From Candidatus Heimdallarchaeum endolithica (GTDB taxonomy: Archaea; Asgardarchaeota; Heimdallarchaeia; Heimdallarchaeales; Heimdallarchaeaceae), in NCBI GenBank assembly GCA_021513715.1, contig CP084167.1:1472001-1536000 (forward strand): DNA of 64,000 nucleotides, read 5' to 3'. This document shows positions 17,918-28,075 of this stretch, one piece after another (position 1 is the first letter of the stretch; each line of letters opens with the position of its first letter). The notes beneath the pieces are model-generated. The model had not been told where the DNA came from. It saw only the letters and a program-made list of their open reading frames with translations, and ran no database searches. A program made the translations under genes and the position numbers.

Positions 17918-20743
17918 GTGAGTGCTATTAAAAAAATTTCTTGTTCTATTATCCTTGTTTTACTCTTAAGTTCAGAATCCTATGGAATAGTATACGACAA
18001 GCATAGTAATCAAGAGAATAAGGAAGCAATAGAAAAAACTAGCTTCAAAGATGTATTTAAAGAGAAACAATTACTAGAAGAGTTCAATAAAGCCTCTGCA
18101 GATCAAAATTTTAGGTTTTTTCTCAAACCAAGGAATTATGATTCACGAGTTGTTTTATTGAATGAAGGTAGAAGAGTTAAAGCAATTTCAATAATAGATG
18201 GTCTTTTTGGTACATATACAAAAACAGAGCTGATAGATTTAATCAATAGAGGATTAATTCTTTCTATTTGGAATAATAGTCAGATAACAATAGCAGATTC
18301 TGGAGTAAATATATCGTCCTCACTAGTTCAAAACACTTCTAATTTCACTGAAATGATTAATGCGACAACATTATGGAAAAACAACATTAAAGGAGATAAT
18401 GTAACAGTAGCTATTTTAGATACAGGGATATTAAAAAATCATCCTGCATTAAACGCAACACAAGACGGTAAAGCCAGAATTATTGCAACAAAGAATTTTT
18501 TTGATGAAAACTCTTATCCCACAGACAATAATGGACATGGTTCAGCATTAGCTGGAATCATTGGGAGTAATGGTCTTTTTGGTTACCCCATTGGTGTTTC
18601 ACCTAATTGCAATTTTATAATTGGGAAAATCTTAACTAACGAAGGTCAAGGAACATTAGAAACTTTGCTCTCTGGAATAGATTGGGCTATTAGCCAAGGA
18701 GCAGATATCATTAATCTATCAATAGGGAAGAGAGTGGAAAGTCTTCAAGCTCCTGAAATAGAAGCTGTAAATAATGCAGTAAAGAAGGGAATAATCATAA
18801 TCAGTGCTGTTGGTAATTCAAGGGGAAAGTTAGAATTTGGATATAATTCAAAATTTACTGTTCTTAGCCCAGGAATAGCAAGTGACGGTATAACAGTTGG
18901 TGCAATAGATAATAATGAAGTTTTATATGAATTTAGTAGTGGAGGTCCAGTAACAATTAATTATAATGAAACTGAAGGAAAAAATCTTTATGATTTCCAA
19001 GATATTGATTATTGGATAAAACCAGATGTTGTGTCCCCCGGAGTAAGAATTAATACAACAACAAATGTTCTAGATTCAACAAAAATAGTAACAGGTACTA
19101 GTTACTCAACTGCAGTAGTTTCAGGATTATGTGCTCTAATTTTATCTGTAAATAAAGAATATAAGCCATCGATAATAAAGTCAGCCTTTTTGGAAAGCGC
19201 AAAAAAATTAGAAAATAATCTACTTTTCCCCTCTAATAAAACAACCAAAATATCTCCTGATATTTTCTATCAAGGAGCAGGATTAGTTGATGCAGTTCAA
19301 ATATTAGAAAAATTAGAAAATGTTCAAGATTTTACTGTATGGCCATCAGATCTTACTTTTATTGAAAGAAGATTGTTCATTAATGAGAAAAAGCAGTTTT
19401 ACATCAGTTTATTTATTAACAAACCCATTGAACACTTTAAAGTTGATATTAGTAGCAAAATCAATGAAGGATTAAAAATAAATAATTTAGATTCCTTAAA
19501 CTCTAGTTCTATCGGTCAATATAATCTTGTTTTCTCAATTGATGGAGAAAAACTTTCTTTAGGAACCCACAAGGGAGAAATAACTTTTCTTTCATCTTCT
19601 TTAAACATTAGTTTATTCTTACAAATAAATATCATTAGCGCAAAAGGGAAAGTGTTGGTTGACTTTTATGAGGAAGACCCTACTGATTATTATTCATTAA
19701 AAGGATCGTTAACTAGTTTAGCCAAAACATTAAGAAAATTACAATTGGTAACTTTTTTCCTCAGGAGAGATATAGAACAAGAAACATTGTCCAGTCTAAA
19801 CCTTTTAGATTATGATATAATTGTTTTAATTAATCCAAATGGAACTTCAAAATTAAAAGAATATTATTCAAGTAATGACTTAGAAGCTTTAAAAGACTAT
19901 GTGCTTCCTAAAGGCAAATATAAAGGAGGAAGTCTTTTAATTTTTCCTTCACAATTAAGTGACTTCAATTTTATTGCCAACTTAACAAATTTATTCAAAA
20001 TTTCTCTAAATAAAACAGAAATCGAAAATGAATTTTTCAAATATAGTTTTACAAACAGTCAATTATTTTCATTCCCAAACGAAGTAAGTGAATTTTACAT
20101 CCCTAACCCTTTCATTATTAAAGGAGAAAACAGCTCTGTAAGGAATTATGAAAATCGTTTTGCTTACGTAGACTACAGACATGGAGGAGGATCTCTTGTT
20201 TTTGTAGCAAATAATATTAACATGTTTCTCTCATCCCCCTACCTGTACTCGACTTCTAGTGGCAAATATGACACTACTCGATCATCTTCAAAATTTGAGG
20301 ATAATACAAAATTACTGGAAAACATCATTTATACTTGTGCTCCTACATACATGATAACAACGGTTGAAACTGAAAAAAATGAGTTTGTAAAAAATGAAAA
20401 AATAACATTGGAAATAACTCTTGAGAATTTTCATAAATATGTGTCAGGGTGGACTTTTGCTGTTACTTTAGAAAATGAAAAAACATGCATTGTTCCTTCT
20501 TTCCAATATATAGATCTTGAAAATGGTTCTTATTCCATAATAATAGATTTAGAAAAAAACAATATTAAACCAGGACATTATTCATTAGTTGTAAGATCTT
20601 TTGCCGGAAATGAGAAAATTGAAGTGGATGTCATAACTAATTTTTCTCTAACCCCCAGACTTGTAGAAATACCGCTTATTATATGCATTATTACCATTGT
20701 ATTTTCTAAAAGCAAAAAAAAGAGAGTAAAAACTAAGCAATAG
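17918..20743 (+). CDS. Membrane-anchored S8 subtilisin-family serine protease, Site-1-protease-like architecture
   Basis: Signal peptide; catalytic triad ILDTG, NGHGS, GTSYST; oxyanion AVGNS. Ig-like and GATase1/DUF4350-like domains follow, then a C-terminal TM with a basic tail. Confidence 0.85.
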   Translation: MSAIKKISCSIILVLLLSSESYGIVYDKHSNQENKEAIEKTSFKDVFKEKQLLEEFNKASADQNFRFFLKPRNYDSRVVLLNEGRRVKAISIIDGLFGTYTKTELIDLINRGLILSIWNNSQITIADSGVNISSSLVQNTSNFTEMINATTLWKNNIKGDNVTVAILDTGILKNHPALNATQDGKARIIATKNFFDENSYPTDNNGHGSALAGIIGSNGLFGYPIGVSPNCNFIIGKILTNEGQGTLETLLSGIDWAISQGADIINLSIGKRVESLQAPEIEAVNNAVKKGIIIISAVGNSRGKLEFGYNSKFTVLSPGIASDGITVGAIDNNEVLYEFSSGGPVTINYNETEGKNLYDFQDIDYWIKPDVVSPGVRINTTTNVLDSTKIVTGTSYSTAVVSGLCALILSVNKEYKPSIIKSAFLESAKKLENNLLFPSNKTTKISPDIFYQGAGLVDAVQILEKLENVQDFTVWPSDLTFIERRLFINEKKQFYISLFINKPIEHFKVDISSKINEGLKINNLDSLNSSSIGQYNLVFSIDGEKLSLGTHKGEITFLSSSLNISLFLQINIISAKGKVLVDFYEEDPTDYYSLKGSLTSLAKTLRKLQLVTFFLRRDIEQETLSSLNLLDYDIIVLINPNGTSKLKEYYSSNDLEALKDYVLPKGKYKGGSLLIFPSQLSDFNFIANLTNLFKISLNKTEIENEFFKYSFTNSQLFSFPNEVSEFYIPNPFIIKGENSSVRNYENRFAYVDYRHGGGSLVFVANNINMFLSSPYLYSTSSGKYDTTRSSSKFEDNTKLLENIIYTCAPTYMITTVETEKNEFVKNEKITLEITLENFHKYVSGWTFAVTLENEKTCIVPSFQYIDLENGSYSIIIDLEKNNIKPGHYSLVVRSFAGNEKIEVDVITNFSLTPRLVEIPLIICIITIVFSKSKKKRVKTKQ

Positions 20744-21113
20744 CGTTTTTAATATCAGAAGCATATCTTGCTAAAACCTGCATTGATAATGCAAGACTAT
20801 AAATCTCTCTTGAAGCTGCTAAAGTTATTACTTCTCCAGTATTCTGGAGAATAACAAAACCTTCTTTTCCTTTAATAATAACTTGATCCAGTTCACCATA
20901 CTTTAACTGGGTGACCGTTTGCATTCCTGCAGCATTTAAAGCAGAAGCTAATGCTGCCATAATAACTGAATCTGTACCTTGCTCAGCAAAAAAAGCTAAT
21001 TCTTGTCCTTCTGAAGTAACTACTGCTATAGCGCCAAGATCACATTGTTTTGTAATTTTCTTAAGAATTTGAATCACTGCTTTTTTTTGTTCTGGAGTTA
21101 AATCTGTAATCAT
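20733..21113 (-). CDS. Roadblock/LC7 domain protein
   Basis: AIAVVTSEGQELA...MAALASAL...GELDQVIIKGKEGFVILQNTGE. Confidence 0.88.
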   Translation of the reverse strand: MITDLTPEQKKAVIQILKKITKQCDLGAIAVVTSEGQELAFFAEQGTDSVIMAALASALNAAGMQTVTQLKYGELDQVIIKGKEGFVILQNTGEVITLAASREIYSLALSMQVLARYASDIKNAIA

Positions 21114-21190
21114 TGTTAAATAATAAATAAATCACAATTAAAAACCCTTTGCTTGTAAAAGATATTTTAAGTTAATAAGTGAATTATTTG

Positions 21191-21850
21191 CTAAAAAATA
21201 CGAGAACTATGAGCATTACAAACAGGAGTAAAAACATTTTCCACAATTCCATTATGCTCATACTTCCAACTGTTTAGAAATTTTGCTTCTTTTCCACAGA
21301 TATAACATCTTCTTGGCTGATCAAGTGGTTTTTTAACTCTTGATTTTCTATTCCAATAAACTTGGAATTCTTCAACTTTTTTAGTAAATTTATCTAACAT
21401 CTTTTGTGCATCTTCTGATTCACTGGGTTTCACTCCTTTATAAAAAACAATCCAACTCCAAACTACGACTGTTAAGATATTCTTAAAAGATTTAATTGGT
21501 ATCTTAGTAAAACCACTAATTATTATTTCACGATATGTATCCTCAACTCGATAGTCAAGTCTCACTTCTTTTTTTGTAAATTGATCACCAAAATCTAAAT
21601 CATATTTCTCCTTAATCCGAACTAATCTTTTACCAATTTCAGAAAACAACCAATCAACAGTATTCCAGCTTCCTTTTCTCTTTAACTCCATGAATTTTAT
21701 TCTAACATTGGGAAACGATATAGAAATAAATAATTCACTTACAGCACTATTTGCCTTTCTTACTAAATATTCATAAAGGCCAACAGGAAATTCGAGAGAT
21801 TTTTCTAGGTGCACTGGAATCACTCCAGAATTAAAACACGCTTTTTTCAC
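21191..21850 (-). CDS. Hypothetical protein with C-terminal CxxC...CxxH zinc finger
   Basis: RRCYICGKEAKF...TPVCNAH. Confidence 0.6.
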   Translation of the reverse strand: MKKACFNSGVIPVHLEKSLEFPVGLYEYLVRKANSAVSELFISISFPNVRIKFMELKRKGSWNTVDWLFSEIGKRLVRIKEKYDLDFGDQFTKKEVRLDYRVEDTYREIIISGFTKIPIKSFKNILTVVVWSWIVFYKGVKPSESEDAQKMLDKFTKKVEEFQVYWNRKSRVKKPLDQPRRCYICGKEAKFLNSWKYEHNGIVENVFTPVCNAHSSRIF

Positions 21851-21960
21851 CTATAAATCTTATCATTTTAAGATTTCATTGCTTGAAAATTGATTGTCAT
21901 TACAAAAATAAAAATTCTACAACTTTATATAATCATATCAATTTAGAATTTTAGATTTGC

Positions 21961-24123
21961 TTGAATGAAGAAAACTTAGATTTTTGCCCTAATTGTGGAA
22001 AGATACTTGTTATAAAAAATAATAAAGCATATTGTTCAAAATGCAATATTAAAATTAAAATTAACACAACAAACTCAGAGAATATAGAAATAGAACAAGA
22101 TAATTTTAATAATTATCAAAAAAGAAGAGAACAAAAAAAGAAAAACAGAGAATTGAAGAACATTAAAGAGAACCAAACAACAGGACAAAGTTTACAAGAA
22201 TGGGAAAGGTTTTTTCCATATAAAACAATTAGAGCACAACAAGAAACGATTATTTCAACTATTTTAAACACTATTAATGAAAAAAAACACATACTTATTC
22301 AAGCTGTAAATGGAGTAGGAAAAACAATTTCATTATTAACTGGAGTTTTACCTACAGCTAAAAAAGAAAAAAAAGTAGTAGTTTATACTTGTAGAACACA
22401 TGAACAGATGGACAGAGTTGCAGAAGAACTAAAGAACATCCGTTTATTTCAAAAAATAAGTGCTATTACTTTAAGGGGAAGAAAAGAATTATGTCCAAAT
22501 AAACTCATCCAAAAGTTCGCTGTTGATGCAAAAAATACAGCTGAAATTTGCGCTCAACTAAAGAAAGAAGGTAAATGCAAATTTTTCAACAATCTCTCAA
22601 ACAGCGCTTTAATTTCTAAACTCATAAAAGATCTGGAAGTTAGCGTGTTAGACAGTACAGACTTATGGGAAATAGGAGAAACATTTGAAATATGTCCCTA
22701 TGAAATAAGCAAAAAATTGTTGTTAAAAGCTGATGTAGTTGCAACTAGTTATCAATATATTTTTAATCCTTTTATTTTTAACACGTTTCTATCTCATTTA
22801 GAAAAGAGTTTTGATGAAATAATCCTCATAATTGACGAAGCACATAATCTACCTTCCACAGCAATTGAGATTAGTAGTGAAAGTTTATCATCTATTGCTA
22901 TCGAAAATGCCATGTCTGAGGCTGCAAGAGCGAGAGAAGGATTCTTATATGATTTCTTGGAAGCTTTAAATTTTGAACTTGAAAGAAGGTCAAAAGAACT
23001 ACGGACAGAAGTGGATTTACCCTATAACCCAATCAATTTACTTGAAAAAGTAAGAGAAAGATCAAGAATAAGGTGTGATGAAACAGTAATAGAATCATTG
23101 GAATTACTCGCTGATAAAATAAAAGAAGAAAAAATGAAAAAAAATAAAGCTCCTTTATCTTCTGCATCCTCAGTAGCACGCTTTCTAGGACATCTACTAG
23201 ATTCAATTGATAAAGAAGAATACGCTCAATTTATTTCTGTAATAGAAGGAAGGAGGAGAAACCGCATTCCTACATTTACAACTTTAGCTTTAGATCCAAG
23301 AGTTATTACAAAAAGAATACTGCAAAATGTATTTTTTGCTATCTCTGCTTCTGGTACTCTTGAACCAATAGAATCTTATCAATCTTTAATTGGTGTTGAT
23401 AAAAAGAATTCAGAAGTTTTAATTCTTGATTCTCCATATACAACTGAAAATATTCAATCATTAGTAATAAACGGGGTTTCTACCAAGTTAAGTTTTAGAA
23501 CACCTGATAATTTCAAAAAAATGAATGAGTTAATTGAAGCAGTTGTTAATGCTACACCCAAGAATATTGGTATATTTTGTGCTTCTTATAAGATTCTAGA
23601 AAGCCTTCTTGAAAATGGATTAGAAGAAAGAATATCTAAACCAATGTTTATCACATATCAAGGGATGAGTTCTAGAGATAGTTTTCGTGTTATTAACTCA
23701 TTTAAAGATGAAGGAAAGTTTGAAGGAGGAGTCTTGCTTTCTGTATTAGGTGGAAGAAGTTCAGAAGGTTCAGATTATCCTGCTGAAATGATGCAAAGTG
23801 TGATTATTGTGGGTATCCCCTTTGCCAAACCTAATGCTAAAATCGAAGCTTCAATCCAATATTTAGAAAAACAATTTCCAGGAAAAGGAAGAGAATATGG
23901 TTATACTATTCCTGCTATGACTAGGGCTGCGCAAGCAGCAGGAAGACCAATTAGGAGTTTACAAGATATAGCTTCAATAATTTTGATGGATTACAGATTT
24001 GGCATAGAATATTACAGAAAACACCTTCCATCATGGATCACAGGAAATATTAGAATAATGCCTGCAGATAAAGAAATCTTAGAAAAAAGAATAAGAGAAT
24101 TTTTTAATTCTCATTTCAAATAA
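21961..24123 (+). CDS. xpd: XPD/Rad3/DinG-family Fe-S DNA helicase with N-terminal zinc ribbon
   Basis: N-terminal CPNC...CSKC; FPYKTIRAQQ; GVGKT; Fe-S cysteines (GRKELC, EIC, KCKFF, ICPYE); DEAH; SASGTL; QAAGRPIR. Confidence 0.9.
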   Translation: MNEENLDFCPNCGKILVIKNNKAYCSKCNIKIKINTTNSENIEIEQDNFNNYQKRREQKKKNRELKNIKENQTTGQSLQEWERFFPYKTIRAQQETIISTILNTINEKKHILIQAVNGVGKTISLLTGVLPTAKKEKKVVVYTCRTHEQMDRVAEELKNIRLFQKISAITLRGRKELCPNKLIQKFAVDAKNTAEICAQLKKEGKCKFFNNLSNSALISKLIKDLEVSVLDSTDLWEIGETFEICPYEISKKLLLKADVVATSYQYIFNPFIFNTFLSHLEKSFDEIILIIDEAHNLPSTAIEISSESLSSIAIENAMSEAARAREGFLYDFLEALNFELERRSKELRTEVDLPYNPINLLEKVRERSRIRCDETVIESLELLADKIKEEKMKKNKAPLSSASSVARFLGHLLDSIDKEEYAQFISVIEGRRRNRIPTFTTLALDPRVITKRILQNVFFAISASGTLEPIESYQSLIGVDKKNSEVLILDSPYTTENIQSLVINGVSTKLSFRTPDNFKKMNELIEAVVNATPKNIGIFCASYKILESLLENGLEERISKPMFITYQGMSSRDSFRVINSFKDEGKFEGGVLLSVLGGRSSEGSDYPAEMMQSVIIVGIPFAKPNAKIEASIQYLEKQFPGKGREYGYTIPAMTRAAQAAGRPIRSLQDIASIILMDYRFGIEYYRKHLPSWITGNIRIMPADKEILEKRIREFFNSHFK

Positions 24124-24165
24124 AATTGAGAAAATCTTTTAATATTGAATTAAGAATTTTAGACG

Positions 24166-24624
24166 ATGAAAGCTATTTTTGAAATTGAAAATAAATCAGA
24201 GAAGCAAGTTTTCTCCGATTTAGAAGAGATCTCTAAAAAACATAAAACTTCTGTAAAAAAAGAAGACACAGGAAAAGGATACTTTATTCTTACAAACTCC
24301 AAACTTCAAATAGTAGAGAGCGTTAAGGGGAATCAGATAATAATACAAGTTTGGGGTGCTTCAAACGAAGATATTCAAGAACTTACTAATTATTGGGGCC
24401 AACCAAAAAAACTGATAAATGAAAAACCCTCTCCCAACGATTTAGCTGAAGAGATATCACGTATTCCTAATATAACTAAAATGAACAAAAGCGATTTGCT
24501 TGAATTGTTAGAAATAAGTGAAAAAGACTTCGTACGATATAAAAGATTAATTGATAGATTAGCACAAAGGAAAAATGCGAGTGAAGAATTAAAAAAAGCG
24601 AATGAAATACTAAAAAAATTCTAA
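24166..24624 (+). CDS. Hypothetical protein, possible C-terminal HTH/HhH-like helical domain
   Basis: 152-aa ORF co-oriented with xpd; codon and amino-acid composition look gene-like. Confidence 0.55.
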   Translation: MKAIFEIENKSEKQVFSDLEEISKKHKTSVKKEDTGKGYFILTNSKLQIVESVKGNQIIIQVWGASNEDIQELTNYWGQPKKLINEKPSPNDLAEEISRIPNITKMNKSDLLELLEISEKDFVRYKRLIDRLAQRKNASEELKKANEILKKF

Positions 24625-24687
24625 TATTAAACTCATACTTATTTAAAATTAGTAGATGAGCTAGACTTATTTATAGGAAAAACTTAA

Positions 24688-26766
24688 TTGTCTATTATGA
24701 GCAAGAAAATATTTTCAATAATAATTGTTCTTTTACTGATGATACCTTTTTCCAGCTTAAGTAATATTTCGCTTCCACAAGCAGAAAATGAAGTAACAAG
24801 AACAGGCTATTTTGAGCAAACAATAACAACTACTACATTCAAAGGAGAAACAAACATCACTACCTTAGTAGGTCCTGACTATGCTTACGATATAATTATC
24901 AACGCATTAAAACGAGCTCAAACTTCATTTTATTTAGAAGTTTACACTTTATCAAGTGAACCACTTGTAAATGAGCTTATTAGAGCAAAAGAAAGAGGAG
25001 TAGAAGTAATTGTTTTACTGTCTCACGACAGAGTAAGCGGATATGAAGACGAGTATACTGAAGAAGCTGCATATAGACTAGACAATGCAGGAATCGATGT
25101 GTTATGGACAAGCAGTGAATTTCGTTTTACACATGCCAAATTTTGGATCGTTGACAGTGAAACAGTTTTTGTTTATTCTGGAAATTGGGCCCCATCTAGT
25201 ATTCCACAATATCCTTCAGCTTATAAGAATAGAGAGATGGGTTTCGCAATCACTGATACAGAAATTGCTGCATATTATGAAGATGTGTTTTTCGATGATA
25301 TGGCAGAATCAACCCCCTATGATTCATCTATAGGTCATACTGGAAATCTTCAAGCAAATTCAACTAGTGGATCGTATGAACATCCCTTTTCATTTAGTAA
25401 TTTTGTTGAATATGCGGAAGTCACACCTATTTTTTCTCCAGACAACAGTTATACTCTCCTCTCTTCTCTAATTAAATCAGCTAATACATCAATCGACATT
25501 GAAATGCAATATATTCTATTTGACTGTGAACTCTTACAAGACATTATAGATGCTTCACAAAGAGGAGTTGCAATAAGAATAATAATAAATGAACCAGATT
25601 CGTCTGGAGAAAATGTTACAGAAACTTTACTCACCAATGGTATTCAAGTTAAATTTTTCAAAGGATTAAGCCATAACCATAACAAATATGTGAGTGTTGA
25701 TGGAGAGATTGTTCAAATTTCAAGTATAAATTGGTCTAACAACTCACTTACTAATAACAGAGAAGCTGGCGCCATTATAAAAAATTCAAATATTGCAGCG
25801 TACTTCAAACAAATTTTTGATTATGACTGGAATAAAGGGAAAACACCAGAAGGTTTTGCAGTCCCTGTAGCATTAATTGATCCTCTTCCAGGTGGAATAG
25901 TAAAAGATACTTATGCGTTCAAAGCTTCTTTTTCAGTTTATAATTATTCTTCTGCAGAACTTCAAATTGATGGTTCCACAGTTCATTCCTGGGTAAATCC
26001 AGAAAACATAAAAACAGTAACAATAGACACATCATCTTATTCAGATGGAATCCACACTATAAAGATTATAGCTACAAAAGATGACGATAGTACAGTTGAA
26101 ATTGAAGAGAAAATCAATATTATTAATATAAATGAGTGGTTACTATTGATTAGCGAAGTGAGATATGACGCAGTATCAGAACCAGACGGAGAATTTGTAG
26201 AGCTATACAATGCATTTGATTTTTCACTATACTTACAAAATTGGAAACTAACAGATAATGAGGGAGAATACAAGATGGCAGAGGGAACTCTAATTAGTTC
26301 TGAGCAAGTTTTAATTTTTGCGAGAGATAGCAGTGCTTTTGTTAGCGAAATGGCAGACCTTGGAGTTACAGGTGTATCAGCAGATTTTGGTTTAGGAGAT
26401 ATTTCCTTGGCTAATACAGGAGATGAAATCTTACTAATGTCTCCAGATGGTGAAGTACGAGATGCAGTTGCATGGGGGTCAGGAAGTGCTTCTGGTGTTG
26501 TTACATGGAGTGGTTCTACAGGAGAAGATAAAACCCTTCAGAGAATACCTGCAGATCAAGATACAAATGATTGTACAATTGATTTTCAAGCTGAAGCTCC
26601 TACTCCAGGAGAGGTTGATTTAGGTTCAACAAATACTGGAACAAATACTGGAACAAATACTGATGAAACTAACCCTGAATTCACAAGTTTCAATTTCTTA
26701 TATGCAATTTTAGGAACAATATCACTCATAGCTTTAGGCACGATATTTAATAAATTAAGAAAGTAG
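24688..26766 (+). CDS. Secreted phospholipase D-family enzyme (two HKD motifs) with Ig-like and lamin-tail domains and a C-terminal anchor
   Basis: HAKFWIVD...SGNW and HNKYVSVD...SINWS...NNREAG. Lamin-tail motif ISEVRYD...EFVELYN...LQNWKLTD...LANTGDEI. TNTG linker and C-terminal TM. Confidence 0.88.
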   Translation: MSIMSKKIFSIIIVLLLMIPFSSLSNISLPQAENEVTRTGYFEQTITTTTFKGETNITTLVGPDYAYDIIINALKRAQTSFYLEVYTLSSEPLVNELIRAKERGVEVIVLLSHDRVSGYEDEYTEEAAYRLDNAGIDVLWTSSEFRFTHAKFWIVDSETVFVYSGNWAPSSIPQYPSAYKNREMGFAITDTEIAAYYEDVFFDDMAESTPYDSSIGHTGNLQANSTSGSYEHPFSFSNFVEYAEVTPIFSPDNSYTLLSSLIKSANTSIDIEMQYILFDCELLQDIIDASQRGVAIRIIINEPDSSGENVTETLLTNGIQVKFFKGLSHNHNKYVSVDGEIVQISSINWSNNSLTNNREAGAIIKNSNIAAYFKQIFDYDWNKGKTPEGFAVPVALIDPLPGGIVKDTYAFKASFSVYNYSSAELQIDGSTVHSWVNPENIKTVTIDTSSYSDGIHTIKIIATKDDDSTVEIEEKINIININEWLLLISEVRYDAVSEPDGEFVELYNAFDFSLYLQNWKLTDNEGEYKMAEGTLISSEQVLIFARDSSAFVSEMADLGVTGVSADFGLGDISLANTGDEILLMSPDGEVRDAVAWGSGSASGVVTWSGSTGEDKTLQRIPADQDTNDCTIDFQAEAPTPGEVDLGSTNTGTNTGTNTDETNPEFTSFNFLYAILGTISLIALGTIFNKLRK
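26629..26664 (+). repeat. 12-bp coding repeat x3 (TNTG) in the PLD linker
   Basis: acaaatactgga acaaatactgga acaaatactgat. Confidence 0.85.
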
Positions 26767-26899
26767 GATTTTTCTTTTTTTCTTTTCTTTTTCCACATTA
26801 AAGTATTTTAGTAAATAATCAAGTTAGTGAATAAATAAAAAGAGTAAATAGCGAATTCTATACTGAGTTTAAATAGTTAAAAGTTATAATTTAAATGAT

Positions 26900-28045
26900 A
26901 TGGTTTTATTTCTAAACGATGGACCAGTAATAACAAAAAATGAGCAAGAATTTAAGTACATTATTCTATATATGGATTTAGATGCTTTTTATGCATCAGT
27001 AGAAATTAGAGATAATCCATCTTTAGTAGGAAAACCAGTAATCATTGGAGGAAATCCTGAAACAAAAAGAGGTGTGGTTTCTACTTGTTCTTATGAAGCT
27101 AGAAAATTTGGTATTCACTCTGGTATGCCAATAAATCAAGCTCTAGAGTTATGTCCTGAGGTAATTATTCTCCGAGGGAATTTTCAGTTATATTCTCAAG
27201 TCTCAAAGAATATAATGGAAATTTTAGAAAAATATTCCCCAACTTTAAAAGTTTCAAGTATAGATGAAGCATATATTGACATAACTGATATAGTTGAAAA
27301 TTATGAGGAAGCAGAATTTCTTGCAGTTGACATTAAAGACGAGATTTATTCAATTGAGAAAATAACTTGCTCTATTGGAATTGCACCTAACAAGATTTTA
27401 GCAAAAATCGCCTCAGATGTAAATAAGCCTAATGGATTAACAATAGTAAAACCATCAGAAGTAAAAGATTTCCTTTCTCCATTGGACATAATAAAAATTC
27501 CGGGAGTTGGTAAAAAATCAAAAAAATATTTTGATAAACTAAACATTAAAACCTGTGGTGATTTAGCAAAAACTCCATACTATAAAATATACCATTCTTT
27601 TGGAAACCATGGATTAAAACTCTGGAAACTAGTAAATGGATATAACACAGAATCCACAGAGGAGAAGTTTGAAAAAAGACAAAGAAAATCAATTAGCAAA
27701 GAAAAAACATTTTTTGAAACTAAAAAAAGTTGGCAAGAAATAGAGATAGAAATGAGAAAAGCAACAGAAAAAATTATACATAAAGCTAAAGAGAGAAGAA
27801 TGCAATTTCGTACTGTTTCGCTTAAGATTAGAGATAGAAAATTCAACACTTCAATTAGAAGTTACTCATTAAACTGCTATTCTGTAAAGGAAAATGATGC
27901 TTATCAAGCAATAAAGAAACTGCTTATTCCATTTAAGAAGAAATATTCGCCAAAGGATATTCGACTTATAGGAGTAAAAATCAGTAATATAATTAAGATT
28001 CCAGACGAACAAAAAAATCTATCACAATTTTTTAATAATATTTAG
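26900..28045 (+). CDS. dinB: Y-family DNA polymerase IV (DinB/Dbh)
   Basis: Motifs MDLDAFYASVE, TCSYEARKFGI, SIDEAYID, AKIASDVNKPNG and IPGVG. Confidence 0.95.
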   Translation: MVLFLNDGPVITKNEQEFKYIILYMDLDAFYASVEIRDNPSLVGKPVIIGGNPETKRGVVSTCSYEARKFGIHSGMPINQALELCPEVIILRGNFQLYSQVSKNIMEILEKYSPTLKVSSIDEAYIDITDIVENYEEAEFLAVDIKDEIYSIEKITCSIGIAPNKILAKIASDVNKPNGLTIVKPSEVKDFLSPLDIIKIPGVGKKSKKYFDKLNIKTCGDLAKTPYYKIYHSFGNHGLKLWKLVNGYNTESTEEKFEKRQRKSISKEKTFFETKKSWQEIEIEMRKATEKIIHKAKERRMQFRTVSLKIRDRKFNTSIRSYSLNCYSVKENDAYQAIKKLLIPFKKKYSPKDIRLIGVKISNIIKIPDEQKNLSQFFNNI

Positions 28046-28075
28046 AATATTCATTTTTGGAAAACGCTGATATCA

